NCBI RefSeq assembly: GCF_964355755.1
Contig: NC_092678.1
Coordinates: 5,224,422 to 5,288,421, forward strand
Length of the DNA: 64,000 nt
Direction of reading: 5' to 3'
Origin: Antedon mediterranea
Taxonomy: Eukaryota; Animalia; Echinodermata
In this document: in pieces, positions 37,798 to 48,539 of the stretch
Layout of the letters: every line of letters starts with the position of its first letter
How positions within the stretch are numbered: the stretch's first letter is position 1
The notes under the pieces: model-generated
Databases searched by the model: none
What the model was told of the DNA's origin: nothing
The model's input: the letters and a program-made list of their open reading frames with translations, nothing else
Made by a program: the position numbers and the translations under genes

Positions 37798-40494
37798 AAT
37801 AGCTGGTACCGTTTAAAATAAACATATCTGGACCATACAAATATAATTTTTATTAAATGACGAAATTCTACGTAGGCCTAAATCTATTTGATGATGCAAA
37901 TAAAATAAAATTCTCGTTCGTAATTTCCAACACAAACCAGTTATCATAATTTGCAACTAACAATATTGTTTTTCAGGTTAATCAAATGTATTTTTATCTT
38001 TTCAGAGATTGGAGTTTTTCAGTTTTTTTATACCTTTAAATAAATAACTTTGTATTGGTTACCTTACTTGTAGACCTATTTATTTAATAACTGGTATCCG
38101 TTTAAAAGAAACACTCATTTTGATTGTACCATAAATATTATTTCCGTTTACGTAGGCCTAAATCCATTTGATGATGGTAAAAATAAAATCAATTTTATTC
38201 CATAATTTCCAACCCAACCCAGTTAATATCATAATGTGCAATTAACAATATTTATTCTTTTTCAGGTTAATCAAATGTATTTTTATCTTTTCAGAGATTG
38301 AAGTATTGCTTTCAAAGATTTTCTTTTTTTTTCTCTTTCAATAAATAACTTATAAAAACGCTATTATAAATTTACAATTCTCATTTAGTATTGGTTTTAC
38401 CTTACTTGTAGACCTATTTATTTTAATAATCGAAAACCGTTTAAAGAAACGTAACTGAACCCATTTTGATTGTACCATAACAAATATTATTTCCATTTAC
38501 GTAGATATTCTACGTAGGCCTAAATCTATTTGATGATGGTGCAAATAAAATTAATTCTATTCCATAATTTCCAACACAACAATTATTTTTATCTTTTCAG
38601 ATATTGGAGTTTTTCTATTTTTTTTTTTTTTATTTATTTTTTTTTCTTTCAATGAATAACTTATAAACACGCAATTATAAATTGTCATCTATTATTGGTT
38701 ACCTTACTTGTAGGCCTATTTGTTTTAATAAACGGTAACGTTTAAAAGAAACATAACTGGACCCATTTTGATTGTAACATATTAAAATATTATTTCCATT
38801 TACGTAGAAATGAATTATATGTCGTAATTTCCAATCCCAACCAGTTCCAATAAATGTGCAACTAACAATATTTATTCTTTTTCAGGTTAATCAAATGTAT
38901 TTTTATCTTTTCAGAGATTGGAGTTTTTCTATTTTTCTTTTTATATTCTTAAATAAATAACTTAGTATCGGTTACCTTACTTGTAGGCCTATTTATTTTG
39001 ATAATCGGTAACCGTTTAAAAGAAACATAACTGGACCCATTTTGTATTGTACCAGCTATATATTATTTCCATTTACGTAGCCCTAAATCTATTTGATGAT
39101 GGTGCAAATAAGATTAATTATATTTCATAATTTCCAACACTAACCAGTTATCATAATTTGCAACTAAGAATATTTGTTTTCAGTTTAATCAAATGTATTT
39201 TTATCTTTTCCGAGATTGGAGTTTTTCTATATTGTTTTGGAGATTTTCTTTTTATATTTGTCAATAAATAACTTAGTACTGGTTACCTTAGTTGTAGGCC
39301 TATTTATTTTAATAATTGGTAACCATTTAAAAGAAGCACCCATTTTATTCGTACCATAAACATTTTTTCCATGTGACGTAAACCTAAATCCATTTGATAA
39401 TAATAATAATGTATTTTTATGTTTTCAGACTTTTGGAGTTTTTCTATTTTTATCTTTCAATAATACCTTATAAAAACGTTATTATAAATTTACATTTAGG
39501 AGTATTTGTTACCTTATTTTAATAATCGGTAACCGTTTAAAAGAATCAAATGTATTTTTTTATTTTTTCAGAGATTGGAGATATTTTTTGTACAAATAGA
39601 ATTTAACGTTTTCACGTAAATACATTATATCATAGGTAGGTATGTCGTATTAAACATTTAATATCCTGCAAAATATGGTATCAAACTAAGACAATATAAA
39701 ATGACTGTAATAATCTTTGTTTTGTTTCGATTGGTAAGTGTGCCCAAGACCAACAATTACAAATCTCTGCATTCTAATATTATTTTGTACAGATTACAGA
39801 TCAGAATACGTATAACTATCTAGAGTATGCCAATACTATATATTTGTTTATATGCCTATTTCTAACCTCAACAGTGACGGAAGCCTCTTACTAAATAAAA
39901 TTTAAAATTTTTTCTAGATTGAGTAATGAACGTAGTGTATCCCATCGTTGTATAAAAACTGTATCAAATACATCACGTAAATGTCCAATAATGTAGAGTC
40001 TATTTTTATAATAACAATTTTGCTTTTAATGTTTTTGTGACCACAAAGGAAATGTAGAAATTAGGCATATAATTGCTGTATTTTAAAATATTTTGTAGAT
40101 TGGGAACGCGCGACAAGAACCGAACAACGCGCAACATGAACCGGACAACACGTGACAAAAACCGCACGACAAGAATCGCACAACACACGACAAGAGAACC
40201 GGACAAAATACGAGACAGCATTGACGGTCAACGAGGCAGACGATGACAAATATATTGTGTTCTAATTTTGCAATTATGATGAAATAAAAATGTATCTTAT
40301 TTGAATCGAAGTAAACACTTTAAAATGTCCATAATTCATCAATACAACTACACTAACTTTCTTAACCATTTTTCTTCATTTTTTCTAATTCACTAATTCG
40401 TTTGTACATCTTGTTGTTGTTGACTTTCATGTAATGGTATCGCTCTTTTATTTTACATCCCTCTCTCCATATTATATACCCCTTTTTTAGCTAG

Positions 40495-40750
40495 TGGGTA
40501 AGGTATGTAAGTAGGTCAGATATGGAAATAAGTCCTATGTATGCAAGTTTAAGTAGATCATGTATGTAAGTCCTATGTAAGTCCTATGTAAGTAAGTTTA
40601 GGTATGCAAGTCCTATGTAAGTAAGTCCAGGTATGTAAGTTGGTCATATAAGTATGTCCAGGTATGTAAGTAGGTCATATAAGTAAGTCCAGGTATGTAA
40701 GTAGGTCATGTATGTAAGTCCTATGTAAGTAAGTCCAGGTAAAGTAGGAG
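40495..40750. repeat. Degenerate GTAAGT-rich minisatellite
   Basis: GTAAGTCCAGGTATGTAAGTAGGTCATATAA-type repeats. Confidence 0.75.
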
Positions 40751-41040
40751 ATATACCATTACATGTCTGTTCATTTTAAACTTGTGTGTTACCAGCTAAT
40801 ATTTTACTATCATTTCACTTTATATCTTCTTCATATTAACAGCTCTGTAATATTGATAACTATTATAATATCTATTAATCAGGAAAACTAAAACCATAAA
40901 TATATTTATACTTGTTGATTGATATTATTATGAATAAATATAATCCAATATCATTATGAATACTTTATGCCTATTGCTGTTTTTATTTATTAATACATTT
41001 AAAATTGATTCTAAAATTATTTATTATATATATATATATA

Positions 41041-41202
41041 TGATGAAGGGCTAGTGTTGCCCGAAAGCTCTGCTAACTTTTCTGGCTGTTTACTTTATCG
41101 TTTTGATTTAGCTTTTCGCTTTTTATTTTTGTATCTCCATTGAGATCCAGCCACTGATACCCACAGCATTGTCATTTTTTTCAGTAATTTGCCTTTGGAT
41201 TT
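41041..41202 (+). mobile_element. Penelope-like pLTR fragment with a minimal hammerhead-ribozyme core, embedded in (TA)n
   Basis: TGATGA-A-GGGC-TAGTGTT-GCCC-GAAA-GCTC at 41041-41070, with (TA)n on both sides. Confidence 0.6.
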
Positions 41203-43152
41203 ATATATATATATATATATATATATTTTTTCCATATATTTATAATTGAGATTAAATTGTTTACAATGTTGACTGCAGTGTTTGCTCAAAAATTAATATA
41301 TAAAATCAACGTTGTAAAATCACAATATTATTATCGTTATTTAATATTTGTAACTTATTTAATAAAAATATCCAGTGTGAATGACTGGTAAAAGTTGTCC
41401 ATTTGTTTAGAACCCAAATGATTTCATATTATAAATAAAGAACCTATTTTAAAAAGTGAACTTGCTTATAGATTTGAAAATTGATTGATCATTCAGACAA
41501 CCTGTTAGTGGCGGTAATTATCGCTGTTGGTTTCGATTGAATAAAATAAAATAAAATAAAAATAAAAATGACCTACATAATTATTGTAAGGTCGGTTTGT
41601 TTCATTGTATGTACCTGTAAAATAGAGATATTAAATTTATTACTACAAGCATAGAGATATTATAGTAAATTATAGTTCACTATAATATCTCTATTCTACA
41701 AGTAATTCCAGAAACTAAAAAGCAGTAAATTAAAATATAAGATCCCGTTTAGTATACGCACAAAAATGATCCATAAAATATCCCAAAATAACGACAAAAA
41801 GGAAGAAAAGCAGAGCACTTTGAAGCTCGCCGATACAGTATTCAACTTCAAAAAGTATCCTATCTTACCAAAACAAGAAGGAAAAACATGTTGCTTAAGA
41901 CTTTAAAAAATATCGTTAATTGGTTGTGGCAGATCCAAAAATGACTGGGGTAAGAATGTTCAGCGCTCAGACGTTTCACAACATTAGGCGCTATATAAAT
42001 CCTGGATATTATTATTATTATTACGAGCAGATGATAAGATAAATGGTCTGTTGCCATAGAAGATTAAACTACAATATAAAAGAAAATAATAATACATTCT
42101 AATAACTCGTTCATAAACGCTTGCTAACATAATTCTAAACATCTTCTAGAAAATCTTGAGCAGTATTCTCCATTGATGTGTTTTAAATGCTATAAGAATT
42201 AAATTGTGCAGACAAGTTTTTATATTTTGTTTCATCATTAAAATAATTTTAATCAATGCATCAATGCGTACAATGAAAACATTTGGTGCTGAACGAATTT
42301 CGTCAACAGTTCAGCCGCCTGGAACAGGGCAGGAACCGAAAACTCAATAAGTATCTTTGTCATTTTTTTCTTTAAGCTTTACCATATTATACTCAATCAA
42401 ATAATATATTTTTGGTCAACACGGTGGCTTAAAATTGCAAAATATTACTGTATATATTCGACCAATATTCACATATAAATTAATTAACATCAAGATATAT
42501 TATAATCATAAATTAAAAGTTCAGAAGCATGTTTTGTCTTCACACTGAGTCATTCTAATCAAATTTACAGATTATTTTGTTGGAGTTTAAGTGTTAAATT
42601 TATGTCTAAATGATGTGATCTTCAACTATAATTTTGTCATTCTTCAGTAGTTGATCACAATTAAATATTATCATATTAAGACATTCGTATTTAGTAAGTT
42701 AAATATCACTGGTTACGATGCTTTATTATTATGTTTATTTCAAAAGTGAAAATAAATATTATCGCTCTCGTGCCTTCTGTGTAATATAATCAATTCCAGT
42801 AAAATTAAATTCTGAATGTATAATTTATTTATACAAGTCTACTAACCAGTTATATTTTAAAAAAAATGTTTGATAAATATTAAATATGTCCAAATTTTAT
42901 TCTTATTTTTTCTGTGGGTTACCATTTACATGGCGATTTAAATCTATGTACTTTTCCGAAGCCTGTCCGATTATATTCCGCGTGCTTCAACCACCAACAA
43001 GTCCAAGTCCGTCTCGTCAGGTACCAGCACAGCTCTCAAACCACCAACCACTAACTACAGCAAACCTACGTACGTCTGACTCTCCGAGCCACATAACAAC
43101 TTACTGGAAGTATAAGTTAATTTGTACCCAATAAACATAAGCATCAATCGTT

Positions 43153-43375
43153 ACTGAACTTTGTTTGACGAATTTTTCCTTCCATAATACTGAATCAATA
43201 CTTTGTTTGACGAATGTTGCCTTCCATAATACTGAATCAATACTTTTTTTTGGACGAATTGTGCATTCCATAATACTGAATCAATACTTTGTTTGACGTA
43301 TTTTTCCTTCCATAATACTGAATCAATACCTTATTTGACAAATTGTGCCTTTCATAATACTAAATCAAAACTATT
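43153..43375. repeat. ~42-bp minisatellite x5 (TACTGAATCAATACTTTGTTTGACGAATTTTTCCTTCCATAA)
   Basis: Direct tandem copies. Confidence 0.85.
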
Positions 43376-44829
43376 TGGAAAATTTCAAGTTTGTAAAAAA
43401 AAAATCTTTTAAAAATGTTTCAAAGAATATAGTGTTAGAATTAAGTATAACTTAAATTAAATATGATGTTGTACTTCTTGCATCTTGAAATGAAATGCAA
43501 GAAGCATCATTTCTTTTATTTGTCTCCCGATACAAAATGAAAAAAAACCCAATACATATTTTGTTATTTATAAGTTACAAATAACATCGAAAATAAAATA
43601 ATGTTTTGCAGAGATAATTTACTGTTTTTACCGAATGTTTAGAAGAAAATTAATGTTGTAGCGATGATAAAATAAGATCTTTTGTTTGTTTTACATTTGT
43701 GTGTTTATTTTCTATATACTTCATTATTTAAAGAGGTAATTGTAATGTCACCTAATCGACCGGCCGACCGACCGACAAGGGGCACAATGCTGGAATTGAA
43801 GCGATATCACATTAATATTAGACCGGTAATATTAAATGATGATTGTAATGGTATTGTATTTCTGTATCAGCACATGCATATTCAAGATTACCGCGTCACG
43901 TATAGGAATAGCTCATTTAAATATCAATGCATCACTGCACACAATAACAACAAACATGGAATAATATTGGCTCTGCACGTCGTCGACATCAGAAATTTAA
44001 AGAAGTTTGCTAGCGTAAAATCTCAGGACGTGAAACAATGATTTTTTAAAGGTAAGCAATAGTTTTAAACAATATAGATTTAGATGTTATTAATGAAAGC
44101 CCGGTAGTTGGCTAGGCCTAGCATCGAGTCAAACTAGCCTTAACTCCTCCCAATATAAAGCACGTGGTGATATAGCTTAGTATTACTACAAAACACATGT
44201 TTAATATTGGGGTAACAAATAGGTATAGGTTCATCTTGATCTCTGTATAGTATTCAAGTCATTTTTCTTTTAGATGATACAAGTAAAACAAATTGGTCTT
44301 ACTACGGATTTATTTGCAGATTCAATATTTGTTTAATTAGAGTAACATCTTCTTTAGCAATCTGTTTTTATTTAAGTTTTTTGAGTAGATTTAATGTGTG
44401 TATTTCAATTAAACCGATAATTGTTTATTTAATCAAAACCAATAGCCTTGTAAATCAATCAAATTTTTAAGTTTCGTATTTTCATAATGTTAAATGGTTT
44501 TTAATTGGTACAGTTAACTTATTCGGTACAGGTAAATAGGCAGCACGTATCGGCAGCTTAAGTTGTACGGGTCACCTAAGAAAAACTATTATTATTATCA
44601 TTATTGTTTGGTCACATTGAGGCTAGCATTGTGAATTACGTGTAAATAGGGCCCTTTTATTATTTCGTACACTAAGTGATACCACCTTTATATGATACGG
44701 GTAACTTTATTAATACTGGCGTTATATATAGGTAGCTTAATTAATTGGTAAACGTTGTAATACAACTTCATTAGTATAGCTTATTATTATTTGATATAGG
44801 AGCTTAATTGGTACGGATAGTAGCTTTAA

Positions 44830-46200
44830 CTTTATTAGTAGAGGAGTTTTGGTACAGGTACCTTCATTGGGTACAAGCAACTTTATTAGTACAGAGCTTT
44901 GGTACAGGTACCTTAATTGGGTACAAGCAACTTTATTAGTACAGTATCCTAATTGAGTTCAGGCAACTTTATTAGTAGAGGAGTTTTGGTACAGGTACCT
45001 TAATTGGGTACAAGCAACTTCATTAGTACAGGATCTTAATTGAGTTCAGGCAACTTTATTAGTACAGGAGTTTTGGTACAGGTACCTTAATTGGGTACAA
45101 GCAACTTTATTAGTACAGGATCCTAATTGAGTTCAGGCAACTTTATTAGTAGAGGAGTTTTGGTACAGGTACCTTAATTGGGTACAAGCAACTTTATTAG
45201 TACAGGATCCTAATTGAGTTCAGGCAACTTTATTAGTAGAGGAGTTTTGGTACAGGTACCTTAATTGGGTACAAGCAACTTTATTAGTACAGGATCCTAA
45301 TTGAGTTCAGGCAACTTTATTAGTACAGGAGTTTTGGTACAGGTACCTTCATTGGGTACAAGCAACTTTATTAGTACAGAGCTTTGGTACAGGTACCTTA
45401 ATTGGGAACAAGCAACTTTATTAGTACAGGATCCTAACTGAGTTCAGGCAACTTTATTACTACAGGAGCTTTGGTACAGGTACCTTCATTGGGTACAAGC
45501 AACTTTTTTAGTACAGGATCTTAATTGAGTAAAGGCAACTTTGTTAGTACAGGATCTTAATTGAGTAAAGGCAACTTTATTAGTACAGGAGCTTTGGTAC
45601 AGGTACCTTCATTGGGTACAAGCAACGTTATTAGTATAGGAGCTTTGGTACAGGTACCTTTGATGGGTACAAGCAACTTTATTAGTACAAGGGCTTAGTG
45701 TACAGGTACCTTCGTTGGGTACAAGCAACTTTATTAGTACAGGATCTTTGGTACAGGTACCTTCGTTGGGTACAAGCAACTTTATTAGTACAGGAGCTTT
45801 GGTACAGGTAGCTTCGTTGAGTATAAGCAACTTTATTAGTACAGGATCTTAATTGAATACAAGCAACTTTATTAGTACAGGAGCTTTGATACAGGTACCT
45901 TCGTTGGGTACAAGCAATTTTATTAGTACAGGAGCTTTGGTACAGGTAGCTTCGTTGAGTACAAGCAACTTTATTAGTACAGAGCTTTGGTACAGGTACC
46001 TTAATTGGAAACAAGCAGCTTTATTAGTACAGGATCCTAACTGAGTTTAGGCAACTTTATTAGTACAGGAGCTTTGGTACAGGTACCTTCGTTGGGTACA
46101 AGCAACTTTATTAGTACAGGAGCTTTGGTACAGGTACCTTCATTGGGTACAAGCAACTTTATTAGTATAGGATCCTAATTGAGTTCAGGCAACTTTATTA
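44830..46200. repeat. Compound minisatellite of interleaved 51-bp and 36-bp units sharing GCAACTTTATTAGTACAGGA
   Basis: Direct inspection; alternating 87-bp A+B blocks at 44930-45330. Confidence 0.92.
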
Positions 46201-47149
46201 GAGGGGCTTCGTTAGTACAAGCAACTAATTACGATATTATCATTATTGTTTTGTGACATTGTGGCTAGCTGTGTCTGAGAATGTAAATATGACTCTAATA
46301 ATAATTCGTACACGAATTTATACAGGTTTATAGGGTACACGCAACTTTACAAGTACGGACGTATCGCTTACTTTAGTTGTAAGAGCAACTTAACTATTAT
46401 TAATATCATTATTGTTTTGTGGCATTGTGGCTCTAGCTGTGTCTTAGAATGTAAATAGGGCCTTATTAATAATTCGTACACGCATTTATAGGCCTACAGG
46501 AACTTTATTAGTAGCCTACAGGTTTATAGGGTAGGGCCTATACGGAACTTTATTAGTACAGGTGCTTACTTTAGTTGCAAGAGCAACTTAAATATTATTA
46601 TTAATATCATTATTGTTTTGTAAATTAATAATATTAATAATTCGTTCACGTATACGTGACTTTATACCTTATTCAGCTTAATTTACAAATAGGTCAGGCA
46701 ACTAAGTTATTATCTGTTTTGTCGCGACAATGTGCCCCTATTATATAGGGTGCAGGTTACAATTAAGCACTAGTAATTACAAAAACTGACTATTTGTTTG
46801 GTCATATTGTGGCTTATCTTTTCCTATGATTGCATGTAAATTTATTTCTAATTTGTACTTTATTTTTAGGACTTGTTAAAGAAGATATATTTTAAGTACA
46901 CATTTTCAAATATATTTAAATGTTAACGTAAGCTATTATACTAACTAATTTAACATTTAACATATAACATTTCTCTTTCCCCCTTCCATTTGAAATTGAC
47001 ATTTAATAATAATAATAAATTGACAAATTGACATACATATATTTAATACTTTTTGATTTAAATTGAAAATTAAATACAAATTAATGTCGAAATGTTAGTC
47101 TAAATCGTTGTCTTTGCCTGATTAATCAAAACTTTTGAAAATATGTCAG

Positions 47150-47402
47150 GCTAAACCGCCCATTTTCTGTGTTTTACCATTTATATGTCGTTCCAAACCG
47201 TGAATAATCCGTGTTTTACCATTTTCTCATTTTAAAAACATGTCAGTCCAGACCGCCAAATTTCCGTGTTTTACCATTTACATGTCGGTCCAAACCGTAA
47301 ATTTTCCATGTTTTACCATCTCTTTTTTGTAAAACATGGAATATTGGCGGTTTGGACCGACATAAAATGGTAAAACACGGAAAACTTGCGGTTTGGACCG
47401 AC
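47150..47402. repeat. Direct and inverted subterminal-type repeats (GTCGGTCCAAACCG..CCGTGTTTTACCATTT)
   Basis: Four to five direct copies, then inverted copies (AAATGGTAAAACACGG, GCGGTTTGGACCGAC). Confidence 0.6.
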
Positions 47403-47654
47403 TTTTTTAAAAATTTCTGATTTTTGACCGAAGGTTTAAGACTTCGAAAATTTTTTTTGTTCTTTCAGGTTGATTTTTGGCTTAACGCGCTAAACTACCG
47501 CCTATGGATCTAGAGATCGCGGGATCGATTCCCGCAATGGGCAAAAAAAAAAAAAAGAAAAAAAAAATTTTTAATTAATAAAATTATATTCTCCTCATCT
47601 TCTCCCATTTCTCCTCCACTCTCTTCCACTCTCTTCCACTCTCTTCCACCACTA

Positions 47655-47912
47655 TCCGTTTCCCTGTCCGTTTCCCTGTCCGTTTCCCTGTCCGTTTCCC
47701 TGTCCGTTTCCCTGTCCGTTTCCCTGTCCGTTTCCCTGTCCGTTTCGATGTGTCTCCGATGCCTGTCCGTATCCGATTGCCTGTCCTTATCCGTTTCCCT
47801 GTCCGTTTTCGATGCCTGTCCGTATCCGATTGCCTGTCCTTATCCGTTTCCCTGTCCGTTTTCGATTGCCTGTCCGTTTTCGATTGCCTGTCCGTATCGA
47901 TTGCCTGTCCGA
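47655..47912. repeat. 12-bp TCCGTTTCCCTG minisatellite grading into an 18-19-bp CGATTGCCTGTCCG variant
   Basis: Direct inspection. Confidence 0.9.
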
Positions 47913-48539
47913 ATCAATTCCAACCATCTCCAAGTGCATCTCCAGGTCCCTCTCCAAGTCCGTCTCCAAGTCCGTCTCGCCCAGCACAGCTCTCGAACCA
48001 CCGACCACGTCAGCCATACGTCTGTCCCTCTGAGCTACCTAGGAACTTACTGAAAGTGTAAGGTAATTTGTACGCCATAAACTTATATAAGCATCAATCG
48101 AAAGACGAAGGGTTCTTATTTTTTTTTTTTTAAAGTTAATATGTTCACGTGTGTAGCGCAGCGGTTAGTGCTACAGTATAGTGATTGGAGGGTCACTGGT
48201 TCGAGTCCCAGTGATGCCACACTATCTACTTTTATTGTTTGCAAATTTAATTCAATTTATATAAAAAAAATGAACTCGGTGGTATTTGAACTCTCGCCAA
48301 AGCACACATGTTCAGATCCAATCACACTAGTACTCACCAACGAGCTACTTGAGGATGTGATGCCCAACTAGATTCTAAAATACTTTATATTTTGTACATT
48401 TTAATTAATACAAAGGTTCTTAATTTTTTTTTTTTAAAGTTTATATGTTAACTTGCGTGGCACAACGGATAGTGCCTTAGTCTAACGACTAAAGGGTTGC
48501 TGGTTCAACCCCCAGTATTTTTATATTTTTAATTGAATT

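Larger units (their letters stand above)
37060..39585. repeat. Old degenerate tandem repeat (~250-330-bp unit, about 8 copies)
   Basis: Recurrent AATCAAATGTATTTTTATCTTTTCAGAGATTGGAG and GGTTACCTTACTTGTAGGCCTATTT blocks. Confidence 0.8.

Noticed and set aside
37060-39585. Tandem micro-exon array or third EGF paralogue
   Set aside because: Acceptor-like motifs (TTTTCAG) are on the + strand and donor-like motifs on the - strand; no consistent open exon or cysteine pattern was found.
45609-46044. Cys-rich repeat ORFs (CTNKVACTQRRYLYQSS)
   Set aside because: Translations of the 51/36-bp minisatellite with frequent frame disruption.
47748-48061. Overlapping low-complexity ORFs
   Set aside because: They derive from 12-19-bp tandem repeats.
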